Positions 54,428-64,000 of a DNA stretch of 64,000 nt are shown piece by piece. The DNA is taken from contig JAZRDT010000157.1 of assembly GCA_045660385.1 (NCBI GenBank), positions 8,079 to 72,078 on the forward strand, read 5' to 3'. The notes below the pieces were generated by a model. The model was not told the origin of the DNA, did no database searches, and saw nothing but the letters and a program-made list of their open reading frames with translations. Position 1 is the first letter of the stretch; every line of letters starts with the position of its first letter. Both the position numbers and the translations under genes were made by a program. This stretch comes from Bacteroidaceae bacterium. GTDB taxonomy: Bacteria > Bacteroidota > Bacteroidia > Bacteroidales > Bacteroidaceae.

Positions 54428-56002
54428 TTAATCATTAATCGTTAAAGTTACGATACTCATTGCAGGAAGCGTCACCTTGAGACCATCTTTAGTAATCTTT
54501 GCACCCTTAAATTCGGCAAGGTTCACAACATCAGGTTTCTCGAATGAATTGTGGTCGCCAATGTGCTTTGATGTCAGGATTTCGCCTGTCACCTTCTTGC
54601 CCTTGAGGTCAGCAAGGTTAATGGTCACCTCTTGCTTCTGCTTGAGGTCTACGTTAGCTAAAGAAATGTGAATTACGCCCTCGCTGTTCTTTGATGCTGT
54701 AGCGCTGAGCATAGGAAGTGTGCGGGTAGGCTCCTCATCAGAACGGCCGGGACGATAACGCTCGTTCTTCACCTGCATCTCATCACATTCGAGATCCATT
54801 GGGATGAATGTTGCATCCTGGTGAGGCTTATACATCTTGAACACATAATAAGTGGGAGTAAGCACCATCTTGTCGTCCTTAGTGAGAATCATCGACTGCA
54901 ATACGTTGGCAATCTGCGCAATGTTACACATCTGGATACGGTCGGTGTACTTATGGAACACATTGAACGAAAGTGCTGCAACGAAAGCATCGCGCATGGT
55001 GTTCTGCTGGAACAGGTGTCCGCGTACGGTACCAGGCTCCTCGTCCCACCAGGTGCCCCACTCGTCTACCATAAGGCCTACGCGCTTGCGGCTATCGTAA
55101 CGATCCATAATCTCCATATGCTTCTTCAGCACTGGCTCGATACCCAAGCACTTACCCAAGCACCAATAATAATCATCCTCATTGAAGTTCAATGCCGAAC
55201 CCTTGCTGCCGCTCCAGGTGAGCACGGTGTAATAGTGGAGCGACAATCCACGCATGTGACCAGCTGCATTGCGCATGAGCACCTCGGTCCAGTTGTAGTC
55301 ATAGTCGCTGGCACCGCTGGCAATCTTGAAGAGACGATTGCCGTTGTAGTCGCGGCAATAGGTCTGATAACGGCGATAGAGGTCGGCATAATACTCGGGA
55401 CGCATGTTGCCGCCGCATCCCCAGCTCTCGTTACCTACACCGATATACTTCACCTTCCAAGGCTCTTCACGACCATTCTCCTTGCGCAGTTTGGCCATAG
55501 GACCATCCTTCGCTGTCATATACTCTACCCACTTGGCGGTTTCCTCTACCGAGCCGCTACCCACGTTCATCGACACGTAAGGCTCGCATCCGAGGAGTTC
55601 GCATAGATTGAGGAACTCATGTGTACCGAAGCTGTTATCCTCTACTGTACCTCCCCAGTTGTTGTTCACCATGCGGGGACGGTTTTCGCGCGGACCGATA
55701 CCATCCATCCAGTGATACTCGTCGGCAAAGCAGCCACCCGGCCAACGCAGGTTAGGGATACTCAGTTCCTTGAGTGCACCCAGCACATCGTTACGATAGC
55801 CATTGGTGTTGGGGATTGACGACTCCTCGCCTACCCAAAGGCCACCATAGATACAGGTTCCGAGATGTTCGGCAAACTGGCCGTAGATATGGCGGCTGAT
55901 CACATTCTTCGCCTCTTCAGGATGAAGAGTCACGGTTGCCTCGCGTTGTGCTGTTATAGGCAGAGCACAAAGAAGCGCTGCAGCACATAAGATTTTCTTC
56001 AT
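54428..56002 (-). CDS. Alpha-L-arabinofuranosidase, glycoside hydrolase family 51
   Basis: Signal peptide. ..[24 protein letters not shown]...[14 protein letters not shown]... and ..[10 protein letters not shown].. (catalytic Glu context) are typical of GH51. Confidence 0.9.
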   Translation of the reverse strand: MKKILCAAALLCALPITAQREATVTLHPEEAKNVISRHIYGQFAEHLGTCIYGGLWVGEESSIPNTNGYRNDVLGALKELSIPNLRWPGGCFADEYHWMDGIGPRENRPRMVNNNWGGTVEDNSFGTHEFLNLCELLGCEPYVSMNVGSGSVEETAKWVEYMTAKDGPMAKLRKENGREEPWKVKYIGVGNESWGCGGNMRPEYYADLYRRYQTYCRDYNGNRLFKIASGASDYDYNWTEVLMRNAAGHMRGLSLHYYTVLTWSGSKGSALNFNEDDYYWCLGKCLGIEPVLKKHMEIMDRYDSRKRVGLMVDEWGTWWDEEPGTVRGHLFQQNTMRDAFVAALSFNVFHKYTDRIQMCNIAQIANVLQSMILTKDDKMVLTPTYYVFKMYKPHQDATFIPMDLECDEMQVKNERYRPGRSDEEPTRTLPMLSATASKNSEGVIHISLANVDLKQKQEVTINLADLKGKKVTGEILTSKHIGDHNSFEKPDVVNLAEFKGAKITKDGLKVTLPAMSIVTLTIND

Positions 56003-56120
56003 AATATTATATAATTAAAATTAGTATTCGCTACGAAGATACTATTTTCCGAGCTAATAAAGCAAAATTTATACAACTTTTTTCGTATCTTCGCACCAAC
56101 ATATAAAATTATCATTCGCA

Positions 56121-57338
56121 ATGAAAAACAGAATCATCACCCTATGCATGGGTCTCGCCGTAGCATTCGGCATGCAAGCACAAGAGTACACCACCTACCT
56201 GTTTGCCTACTTCTCAGGCAACTGGCCCGACGGAGAGCAGGTGCGCTATGCCCTCAGCGACGACGGCTACAACTACCATGCTCTCAACTACGGCCGCCCC
56301 GTGGTAGCGTCCGACACCATCGCACAAAAGCGCAGTGTGCGCGACCCCCACATCCTGCGTGCCGAGGATGGCAAAACCTTCTACATGGTGCTCACCGACA
56401 TGCGTTCCGATATGGGTTGGCAGAGCAACGATGGCCTCATCTTGATGAAGAGCACCGACCTCTTGCATTGGGAGCACACCGCCATACACTTCCCCACCCG
56501 ATTCCCCGACCTCGAGGGTTTCGACGAGAAGAACCTCCATGCCGTATGGGCACCGCAAACCATCTGGGACCCTGCCGAGGGCAAGTACATGATCTACTAC
56601 TCCATCGGCCGTCACGACTGGGAGTACCCCACCGACGACCCACGCTTCAACCAGCCCTACTTCCGCATCTACTACTCCTATGCCAACGAGGACTTCACCG
56701 ACATCACCGAACCCAAACTCCTTTTCGACTTCGGCACGGCAGCTATCGATGGCGACATCGTTTATGATGCCAAGAACGAGGAGTATGTGCTCTTCTTTAA
56801 GGACGAGGGCCGCTCGGTGCTGAACATGAAAGGCAACTTCCGCACCCGTCAGGGTGTGATGCGTGCCACGAGCAAGACCCTCACCGGCCCCTACGAGGTG
56901 GAGTACCGTCACTTGCAGAAGCCAGGCCAATACCCCACCGAGGGCTCCAGCGTGTTCCCCCTCATCGGTAGTGACGAGTACATCCTCATGTACGACTGCT
57001 ACGCCAACGGCCACTATCAGTTCTGCAAGAGCAACGACCTAAAGCACTTCACTTACGTGCAGGACACCCCCACCCGCGGCACCTTTACCCCCCGCCACGG
57101 CTCCGTAATCCATATCACCGATGCCGAGCGCCAGCGCCTCGAGGCCTGGTCGGCCCTGGGCGAAGCCGTGCAAGACATGGCTACAATAGCCGTACCCTGC
57201 TACACCATCGACGAACTGGCCAAGCGTAAAGAGATAGAGACCTACGCCTCTCAAGTGATGGCCACCAAGAACACCCCCAAGGCACTCAAGAAAGCCGAGA
57301 AGAAAGTACGCAAATTCATTGCTAAGGTAAAGCAGTAA
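56121..57338 (+). CDS. GH43-like five-bladed beta-propeller glycoside hydrolase (probably arabinan-active)
   Basis: Signal peptide. YLFAYFSGN...YALSDDGYNYHALN...VRDPHILRAEDGKTFYMVLTD pattern. Divergent from the GH51 gene. The subfamily is not determinable by eye. Confidence 0.65.
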   Translation: MKNRIITLCMGLAVAFGMQAQEYTTYLFAYFSGNWPDGEQVRYALSDDGYNYHALNYGRPVVASDTIAQKRSVRDPHILRAEDGKTFYMVLTDMRSDMGWQSNDGLILMKSTDLLHWEHTAIHFPTRFPDLEGFDEKNLHAVWAPQTIWDPAEGKYMIYYSIGRHDWEYPTDDPRFNQPYFRIYYSYANEDFTDITEPKLLFDFGTAAIDGDIVYDAKNEEYVLFFKDEGRSVLNMKGNFRTRQGVMRATSKTLTGPYEVEYRHLQKPGQYPTEGSSVFPLIGSDEYILMYDCYANGHYQFCKSNDLKHFTYVQDTPTRGTFTPRHGSVIHITDAERQRLEAWSALGEAVQDMATIAVPCYTIDELAKRKEIETYASQVMATKNTPKALKKAEKKVRKFIAKVKQ

Positions 57339-57358
57339 TTGACTTACATACACAGACT

Positions 57359-57396
57359 AATCAAGCCACTCCTTCGCCCGAGGGAGTGGCTTGATT
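57359..57396 (+). terminator. Terminator after the GH43 gene
   Basis: aatcaagccactcc...ggagtggcttgatt 14-bp stem, 20 nt after the stop. Confidence 0.7.
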
Positions 57397-57716
57397 AATA
57401 TTGATTATTTGCGAGAGTGATAGTCAGATTTAAGAGGATATGAATGTCCGTTGTCGGCCGCCCACGGAAATGCCACTCACAATATTTTCCGTATCTAGCG
57501 GCTATAGAGAACTATCAGAGAAGCAAAATTTCCCCCCAAAAAAACAGAGGTAAGTGAAGCCATTGCTTAATTAGCACCTTTACACACTGAGAATCATAGG
57601 TGTTATGCGTTCAACTTTCACCTAAACTTTTGCCTATGCGTGCCGAAAGTGATGCAAAGTTTCGGAAGGTTTCCACCAATTTCCACCGAAAATACAGCGT
57701 TGTCAGAAAAAAGTGT

Positions 57717-57724
57717 TATTTTTG
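57717..57724 (+). promoter_or_regulatory. -7 box (TATTTTTG) for nadE
   Basis: 27 nt upstream of ATG 57751. This supports the shorter start. Confidence 0.55.
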
Positions 57725-57750
57725 TATCCAAAAGTATTATCGTAAGAGTT

Positions 57751-59688
57751 ATGCAACACGGATTCATCAAAGTGGGTGCGGCCGTGCCCTTAGTAAGCGT
57801 GGCCGACACGAAGTATAATACAAATCAGTTGATAGCCTTGGCACAGCGTGCCCATGAGGAGGCTGCCGAGGTAACGGTATTTCCCGAACTGTGCATCACA
57901 GGCTACACCTGTGGCGACCTACTGACACAGCAGACACTGCTCCAAGAGGCAGAGAACAGCGTAGCGGAGTTTGCCGAAGCCACCAAGGAATATGACAACA
58001 TATATATCATAGGCGCACCCATCTATGTGTGCGGAGCGCTATACAACTGCGCTCTCGTGATACAGAAGGGACGCATCCTGGGCATCGTACCCAAATGCTA
58101 TATCCCCAACTACGGTGAGTTTAGCGAGCGCCGCTGGTTTAGCACAGGCTACAACCTGCGCATGGAGGACGACATATGCTATGCCGGACAATGGGTGCAC
58201 ATAGGGTCGTACCAGATTTTCCACACAGGCCGCTATGCCTTCGGCGTGGAGATATGCGAGGATCTGTGGAGTGTGACACCGCCCAGCTCGGCACTGGCAT
58301 TGCAGGGTGCAGAGATCATCTTCAACCTCTCGGCATCGGACGAGGTGACGGGCAAGCACGAATACCTGCGCTCGCTCATCGCACAGCAGTCGGCCCGCAG
58401 CATGGCAGGATACGTGTATAGCAGCTGCGGCTACGGAGAATCGACCACCGACCTGGTATTTGCCGGCAATGCCCTCATCGCCGAGAATGGTGCGATGATA
58501 GCACAGGGCGAACGCTTCAGCCTCGATGCCCAGTTGGTGTGCACCGAGATAGACCTCGACAAGCTACGTATGGAGCGCCGCGGCAACACCACCTTCGCTA
58601 CCGCACAGGCCGACCTCTACCCTGAGGCCACACACGTGCATACAGGCACCATTACCGAGCAGGAGTGTGCACTCACCCGCACCTATGCTCCCCTACCCTT
58701 CGTGCCCAGCGGCAATGAGTTGGACACCCACTGCAACGAGATACTCAACATACAGGTGGCCGGACTGGCCAAGCGCCTGACCCATATACACTGCTCGAAG
58801 GCTGTCATCGGCATATCGGGCGGATTGGACTCTACGCTGGCACTATTGGCCACGGTGCGCACCTTTGACCGCCTCGGACTACCCCGCACAGGCATCATAG
58901 GTATCACCATGCCGGGATTCGGCACCACCGACCGCACCTATCAGAATGCGTTGTCGCTGATGCAGCATCTGGGTATCACCCTGCGCGAAATCAGCATCAA
59001 GGATGCCTGCATACAGCACTTCAAGGACATAGAGCACGACATCGCCATACACGACACCACCTATGAGAACAGCCAGGCACGCGAGCGCACCCAGCTACTC
59101 ATGGACGTGGCCAACCGCGAGAATGCCATCGTCATCGGTACGGGCGACCTCTCGGAGCTGGCTCTCGGATGGGCCACCTACAACGGCGACCACATGTCGA
59201 TGTACGGACTGAACGCCGGCATACCCAAGACCCTCGTCAAGCATCTGGTGGCATGGGAGGCTACCCACACCTACGATGCGGAGATACGTGATATCCTGCT
59301 CGATGTGGTGAACACCCCCATCAGTCCTGAGCTGATACCCGCCAAGGAGGATGGCACCATCAAGCAGAAGACCGAAGACCTGGTAGGGCCCTACGAGTTG
59401 CACGACTTCTTCATATACCACTTCATGCGCTCAGGCTACCGCCCGGCAAAGATATACTACATAGCATGCCGCACCTTCGAGGGAGTGTACGATAAGGGCA
59501 CCATCAAGAAGTGGCTCACCACCTTCTTCCGCCGCTTCTTCCAGCAGCAGTTTAAGCGCTCTTGCTTGCCCGACGGACCTAAGGTGGGCAGTGTATCGCT
59601 GAGTCCGCGTGGCGACTGGCGCATGCCGAGCGATGCCAGTGCAGCGCTTTGGCTCGAGGAGTGTGATAAACTGAGTACAGAAAACTAA
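57751..59688 (+). CDS. nadE: Glutamine-dependent NAD+ synthetase
   Basis: N-terminal CN-hydrolase domain (FPELCITGY...EICEDLW) plus a C-terminal synthetase domain (GISGGLDST). Starts MQHGFIKVGAA. The track start at 57640 is rejected. Confidence 0.92.
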   Translation: MQHGFIKVGAAVPLVSVADTKYNTNQLIALAQRAHEEAAEVTVFPELCITGYTCGDLLTQQTLLQEAENSVAEFAEATKEYDNIYIIGAPIYVCGALYNCALVIQKGRILGIVPKCYIPNYGEFSERRWFSTGYNLRMEDDICYAGQWVHIGSYQIFHTGRYAFGVEICEDLWSVTPPSSALALQGAEIIFNLSASDEVTGKHEYLRSLIAQQSARSMAGYVYSSCGYGESTTDLVFAGNALIAENGAMIAQGERFSLDAQLVCTEIDLDKLRMERRGNTTFATAQADLYPEATHVHTGTITEQECALTRTYAPLPFVPSGNELDTHCNEILNIQVAGLAKRLTHIHCSKAVIGISGGLDSTLALLATVRTFDRLGLPRTGIIGITMPGFGTTDRTYQNALSLMQHLGITLREISIKDACIQHFKDIEHDIAIHDTTYENSQARERTQLLMDVANRENAIVIGTGDLSELALGWATYNGDHMSMYGLNAGIPKTLVKHLVAWEATHTYDAEIRDILLDVVNTPISPELIPAKEDGTIKQKTEDLVGPYELHDFFIYHFMRSGYRPAKIYYIACRTFEGVYDKGTIKKWLTTFFRRFFQQQFKRSCLPDGPKVGSVSLSPRGDWRMPSDASAALWLEECDKLSTEN

Positions 59689-59703
59689 CACTTCACATAC
59701 AGC

Positions 59704-60498
59704 ATGCGCAAGCGAGAAAAGGCTGCATATATTATAGGTGTCGCGGTAGTTACAACACTTTTTACCGTGATAACCAAGCCCTCGCTGCACCCCATCGACA
59801 CGCATGTCATGCCCGATAGCACCGCAATGGAAGACACCGTAGTGCCCACATTCCGCATATCGGTCTATGATAGCATATTTCAACATTACGCCGACACCAT
59901 CGGATGGGACTGGAAAATGCTGGCAGCCGTGGCTTATGTAGAGTCAAAATTCGACACCGCAGCCGTATCCAATGTCGGGGCGCAAGGCTTGATGCAGATG
60001 ATGCCGCAAACAGCTCGCGCCATGGGAGTACCCGAAGGCAAGGAGCGTGACCCCGAAGAGAGTGTGCGGGCAGCGGTAGACTACTTTGCCTACCTGTCAC
60101 GAATGTTCCGTCGTGTTCCTGAGAGCGAACGCATCCATTTCGTTCTCGCCTCCTACAATGCAGGTTTCGGGCACATCCAGGATGCTATGCGTCTGGCCGA
60201 GAAATACGGAAAGAACCGCCATGTGTGGAACAACAATGTAGAGACCTTCCTGCGTCTCAAGAACGATTCTGTTTACTACACCGACTCGCTCTGCCGCAAT
60301 GGCCGCTTCACAGGAGTGGAGACCACGCTCTTCGTTCGCAAGGTGCAACATAAGTACAGTGAATACTGTCTGCGCGAGGAACGCTATTGGACCACTCACC
60401 GTGACACCACACACTACAAGCCATTAGGCATACCGGTATGCATAGAGGAGGATATGGCCGCCACAAACACTGATAGCAACACATCACCCCTGTTATGA
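59704..60498 (+). CDS. Membrane-anchored lytic transglycosylase (SLT domain)
   Basis: N-terminal TM segment. ..LAAVAYVESKFDTAAVSNVGAQGLMQMMPQTA...SYNAG.. (catalytic Glu-Ser motif). Confidence 0.85.
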   Translation: MRKREKAAYIIGVAVVTTLFTVITKPSLHPIDTHVMPDSTAMEDTVVPTFRISVYDSIFQHYADTIGWDWKMLAAVAYVESKFDTAAVSNVGAQGLMQMMPQTARAMGVPEGKERDPEESVRAAVDYFAYLSRMFRRVPESERIHFVLASYNAGFGHIQDAMRLAEKYGKNRHVWNNNVETFLRLKNDSVYYTDSLCRNGRFTGVETTLFVRKVQHKYSEYCLREERYWTTHRDTTHYKPLGIPVCIEEDMAATNTDSNTSPLL

Positions 60499-63404
60499 GC
60501 CATCCCGACCGACTGCGTTTACGGATACACCACATCGAACATCCTTACCTGCACGGCACTGATGCCGAAGGCAGGATGTATCGTTGTAGCATTCGCGATT
60601 CACACTACATTGCCGATATGGAGGCCCTTTCGGAGGGAGACACCGTGATGCTGCTTGACATCAACTCCGAGACTGACGACACTATGAGCGCCCAGCGCCT
60701 CATCCTTGAGCCCGACTACCTCATCGACATCAGTTCGCTTTCTGCCTGCTTCTCCGAGAGCGGTCCACATCCAATGCGCTACCTGCTATCGTTGCTTGCA
60801 CCCAAGGAGGTGACCAAACCCATCTTATTAGGAAATACGGCCAACCAGTTTCTCGACGACTGCGTAAACCACACCCCTGAGCGCCCGGCCTCCTTCGACA
60901 CCTCTATACGTAAAGCCTTTGCTGCCGATGCATTGAAGTTTGCCGTATGCCCCGACATCAATGCATCCTTCTTTCAGGAGGCCCGCGACCAATATGCCCA
61001 TATACTACGTTCGGTTGAGGCACTACACCAGCGATACCCCCAAGGGGCTACCGAGGGAGGCGCCATGCTCGAGCCCTCATTCATTTGTCCGACACTCGGT
61101 CTGCAAGGCCGTCTCGACTACCTACAAAGCAATCTCCGTTGTCTTGTAGAACTCAAGTCGGGCAAGGCCGACGAATACTACAGTAAGCCCCAAGGGCCAA
61201 AGCAGAGCCACACTGCGCAGCTGATGCTCTACCGCGAGATGCTACACCTCAACATTGGCATTCCCCGTGAGGAGATCAGCAGCATGCTCCTTTACTCACG
61301 CTATCCACTCTTCTTCGATGGTAGCCAACACGCCCCTATCGTAGACGAGGCATTGACACTGCGCAATGCCATCGTACGCCTTATGCGACAGTTGGTTGTC
61401 GAGGCAGACACAGCCAGTATCTTCAGCCAGCTGACTCCCGAGACGCTGAACACCCGCCCTCTCACCGGACGTTTGTGGAGCGACTACCTGCGTCCCCAGC
61501 TAATCCGCATGCTTGTCCCCTTCCACACAACCGACAATATTACACTGAGCTACTTCTACCGTTACCTGCGCTTCACCGCCACCGAACAATACCTTGCCAA
61601 GGTGGGACGTAGCGAGCGTGACCGGGCACAGAGTCACCTCTGGTGCCGTACGGAAGAAGAAAAGCTTGCCGAAGGCGATTTTGTAGGAGAGCTACACCTA
61701 ATAGCGTTCGCCCACGACGATGGCTGCGGGTACGACAGACTCACATTCACCCTACCTGCCAGTGACAACGTTCCCAACTTCAGACAAGGCGACATGGTGT
61801 TGTTCTATATCAAGGAATGTCCAGCCGACAGTGCATCGACACAACAAGTACACAAGGGAACCCTACTACAAATTGATGCCCACACCCTAAGCATCGGGTT
61901 GCGCCAGCACCAACACAGTTCGGCCGTGTTCCCCACTACGGCGACTTACGCAATGGAGCACGACGTCAGCGACAGTGTGTTCGGTTCACTCTACCGCAGC
62001 CTCTACACGCTACTACAGGCGCCCGACAAGACCAAGCAACTCCTACTGGGAAACGCCACACCACGCACCGACGTCACACAACAGCTTGTAGGCCACTATC
62101 CTGGGGCACAGACCAATGCCATCGTGACAACCATCAAGCAGGCCTCAGACTATGCCCTCATCGTAGGAGCGCCAGGAGCAGGCAAAACCTCCATCCTACT
62201 ACGCTCCATCGTAGAGGAGTACTATAGGCACACCCATAGCAACATTCTCCTGATGGCCTACACCAACCGAGCCGTAGATGAGATATGCCAAGCCCTGGAA
62301 CGTATCGATGAGCACCCTCCCTACCTGCGTTTGGGCAGCGAGCAGAGCTGCGACGAACGCTATGCCCACCGCACGCTTGCCCGGCAGACCGCCACGCTAG
62401 GCAATCGCGACGAAGTGCGTGCGCTCATTGCCAACACACGCATCGTGGTAAGCACCGTGAGCACAGCATCGGCACGGCCGGAACTATTTACGGCCAAGGA
62501 GTTTCACCTCACTGTCATTGACGAAGCATCACAGATTCTCGAGCCGCAGATCATCGGCCTTTTGTCCACACTAAGGAGTAAGTTTGTGCTCATCGGAGAC
62601 CACAAGCAATTGCCAGCCATCGCACTGCAGAGCGATGAAGAGGCTGCCATTGACACACCTGCGCTACGCGAACTGGGCTTCAGCTGTTGCAAGCAGTCGC
62701 TCTTCGAGCGCCTCTACCATCGCCTTATCAGCACAGGGCATCCCGAATGCATCGCCACCCTCTACCAGCAAGGCCGTATGCACCCCGAGGTGAGCCACTT
62801 TGCCAATCAGCGTTTCTACAATAGTCGACTGCAGCCAGTTCCGCTACCTCACCAGACGACTTCATTGTCCTATGCAGTCTATGACCATCAATGTCCTATG
62901 CAGACCCTTGTGGCCCAACACCGCACGGCCTTCATACCTTGCCAACCCCCACAAAAGGAGGAGCGCTTTAAGACCAACAGCCATGAGGCGCAGCTATGCG
63001 CTTCATTGGTAGCGACCATCATCAAGCTATACCAGGCCAACAATCTTCCCTACGATGCGCATCAAACCATCGGCATCATTGCCCCATTCCGCAACCAAGG
63101 AGCGCTTATCCGTCACGCATTGGCCGCATTGGATATGGAGGAGTTCACCCTTCCTATCAGTATCGACACCGTGGAGCGCTACCAAGGTAGCCAGCGCGAC
63201 ATCATCATTTACTGCACCACAGTGACCTCACCCGAACAGATGGAACTGATTGTAGAGACCACTCCACAGAGCGACAGTCCCTTCCCTCTTGACCGCAAGC
63301 TCAATGTGGCTCTTACCCGTGCACGACAACAGCTCTTCGTTATCGGCATTCCACATGTATTGGAAAGCGATGCAAACTACCGCGCTTTGATACAGGAATT
63401 GTAA
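60495..63404 (+). CDS. Nuclease-helicase: RecB-like PD-(D/E)XK domain fused to an SF1B (Dna2/Upf1-like) helicase
   Basis: GRLDYL...LVELKSGK...AQLMLY (D / ExK / QxxxY). Walker A GAPGAGKTS, VIDEASQ, LIGDHKQLP, ..TVERYQGSQRD.., ..LNVALTRAR... ATGA overlap with the SLT gene. Confidence 0.85.
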   Translation: MSHPDRLRLRIHHIEHPYLHGTDAEGRMYRCSIRDSHYIADMEALSEGDTVMLLDINSETDDTMSAQRLILEPDYLIDISSLSACFSESGPHPMRYLLSLLAPKEVTKPILLGNTANQFLDDCVNHTPERPASFDTSIRKAFAADALKFAVCPDINASFFQEARDQYAHILRSVEALHQRYPQGATEGGAMLEPSFICPTLGLQGRLDYLQSNLRCLVELKSGKADEYYSKPQGPKQSHTAQLMLYREMLHLNIGIPREEISSMLLYSRYPLFFDGSQHAPIVDEALTLRNAIVRLMRQLVVEADTASIFSQLTPETLNTRPLTGRLWSDYLRPQLIRMLVPFHTTDNITLSYFYRYLRFTATEQYLAKVGRSERDRAQSHLWCRTEEEKLAEGDFVGELHLIAFAHDDGCGYDRLTFTLPASDNVPNFRQGDMVLFYIKECPADSASTQQVHKGTLLQIDAHTLSIGLRQHQHSSAVFPTTATYAMEHDVSDSVFGSLYRSLYTLLQAPDKTKQLLLGNATPRTDVTQQLVGHYPGAQTNAIVTTIKQASDYALIVGAPGAGKTSILLRSIVEEYYRHTHSNILLMAYTNRAVDEICQALERIDEHPPYLRLGSEQSCDERYAHRTLARQTATLGNRDEVRALIANTRIVVSTVSTASARPELFTAKEFHLTVIDEASQILEPQIIGLLSTLRSKFVLIGDHKQLPAIALQSDEEAAIDTPALRELGFSCCKQSLFERLYHRLISTGHPECIATLYQQGRMHPEVSHFANQRFYNSRLQPVPLPHQTTSLSYAVYDHQCPMQTLVAQHRTAFIPCQPPQKEERFKTNSHEAQLCASLVATIIKLYQANNLPYDAHQTIGIIAPFRNQGALIRHALAALDMEEFTLPISIDTVERYQGSQRDIIIYCTTVTSPEQMELIVETTPQSDSPFPLDRKLNVALTRARQQLFVIGIPHVLESDANYRALIQEL

Positions 63405-63503
63405 TGGATTCGTTTGCATGAATCGTTAATGGAGTAGCTACTTATCCGAACATCACTCATGTTCTTTCCTTAGTATGATGATTGCTTATTGGGAATCAAC
63501 AAC

Positions 63504-63532
63504 AAAACCGTGTGTTTTGAACACACGGTTTT
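63504..63532. terminator. Bidirectional terminator
   Basis: aaaaccgtgtgt-tttga-acacacggtttt between convergent genes. Confidence 0.8.
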
Positions 63533-63627
63533 ATAGATATAAAGGATCAATACAGACATTCAGTTGAATACGGCCTATCGGTAATATCGAAAAAGTGCAC
63601 CCATCGAATTAAAAATGATAGTTTGGG

Positions 63628-64000
63628 TTATTTCAAATAGTATCTCTTGCCATTGATGATGTATACACCACCTCTCAAGTTCTTGGTGTCCGTCACCTTA
63701 CGGCCGCTGAGATCGTAAATTGTCAATTGTGAATTGTGAATTGTCAATTGAAGAACGTCACTTTCGATATTGGCCGTGTAGGTCACATCATGGGCAGGCA
63801 TGGTCTCGTAGGTGTCACCTATCCATCCGAGGAACTCATCACCTTCTGTCGTAGGCTCGTATACATACTCGGGGATAGTCTCTCCATAGGCCACTTCAGC
63901 TGTGTGTACCAGCTCATCGCCTACGTAGTAGTACACCTTATAGATGTTGACGGTATATGTACCACTAATGGTCACATCACTTGCAGGCATGGCCTCAGGC
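63628..64000 (-). CDS. T9SS cargo protein, C-terminal part (Listeria-Bacteroides repeat plus T9SS C-terminal sorting domain); continues past the right edge
   Basis: ..MPASDVTISGTYTVNIYKVYYYVGDELV...FLGWIGDTYETMPAHDVTYTA (Flg_new-type repeat), then ..LTIYDLSGRKVTDTKNLRGGVYIINGKRYYLK* (Por secretion tail). The frame stays open upstream of the track Met to nt 64000. Confidence 0.8.
   Translation of the reverse strand, partial: PEAMPASDVTISGTYTVNIYKVYYYVGDELVHTAEVAYGETIPEYVYEPTTEGDEFLGWIGDTYETMPAHDVTYTANIESDVLQLTIHNSQLTIYDLSGRKVTDTKNLRGGVYIINGKRYYLK

Noticed and set aside
54821-55606. 261-aa plus-strand ORF antisense to the GH51 gene
   Set aside because: It lies fully inside a strongly supported GH51 CDS and has no independent signals.
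56144-57014. Long alternate-frame ORFs (207 aa plus strand, 266 aa minus strand) overlapping the GH43 gene
   Set aside because: This stretch is GC-rich and naturally lacks stops in other frames. The translations are Arg/Pro/His/Gly-rich nonsense, while the GH43 frame has a signal peptide and family motifs.

Overview
All calls come from reading the sequence and ORF track by eye, with no searches or computations. Coordinates of hand-located motifs may be off by 1-2 nt.

This 64-kb chromosomal window reads as a Bacteroidales genome, most likely Prevotellaceae. The signals are:
- TAnnTTTG -7 promoter boxes 25-50 bp upstream of most operons
- a 286-aa primary sigma factor
- a UpxY-type NusG paralogue
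- many lipobox lipoproteins
- a T9SS C-terminal sorting domain

Content from left to right:
- a partial surface lipoprotein and a 59-aa ORF
- an orphan UpxY gene
- rfbD and a DUF4924-like gene
- a CzcCBA/Cus-type heavy-metal RND efflux operon whose adaptor has an ~85-aa His-rich N-terminus
- an acyl-CoA synthetase
- a MacB-type ABC efflux operon with three tandem adaptor lipoproteins plus TolC
- a MITE-like element and tRNA-Ser(UGA)
- mutS2, a TRIC-family channel and a GH2 hydrolase
- a ~3-kb accessory islet holding a DUF4160/DUF2442-HTH pair and a DUF3791-DUF3990-DUF3791 triad
- a beta-barrel OMP plus a strange aromatic/His/Ser-rich secreted protein
- prmA, a C11 protease operon and rpoD
- a visibly AT-rich ~17.5-kb Wzx/Wzy capsule/O-antigen locus (35.0-52.6 kb) ending in wza-wzc
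- an OmpA-family protein
- divergent GH51/GH43 arabinan genes
- a nadE-SLT-nuclease/helicase operon
- a partial T9SS cargo protein

The best candidate for an undescribed system is a PqqD(RRE)-nucleotidyltransferase-HPr-kinase-like cassette (45.9-48.1 kb). It sits inside the capsule locus with no RiPP maturation enzymes or precursor nearby.

Secondary candidates:
- the DUF3791-DUF3990-DUF3791 triad, because DUF3990 shows PARP-like H-Y-D motifs
- the OMP plus low-complexity secreted protein pair, with a 20-bp structured repeat array between the two genes
- a vocabulary of heptamer and hairpin repeats that recurs in intergenic regions and reaches into coding 3' ends
- an A6-tract frameshift in a GT2 gene
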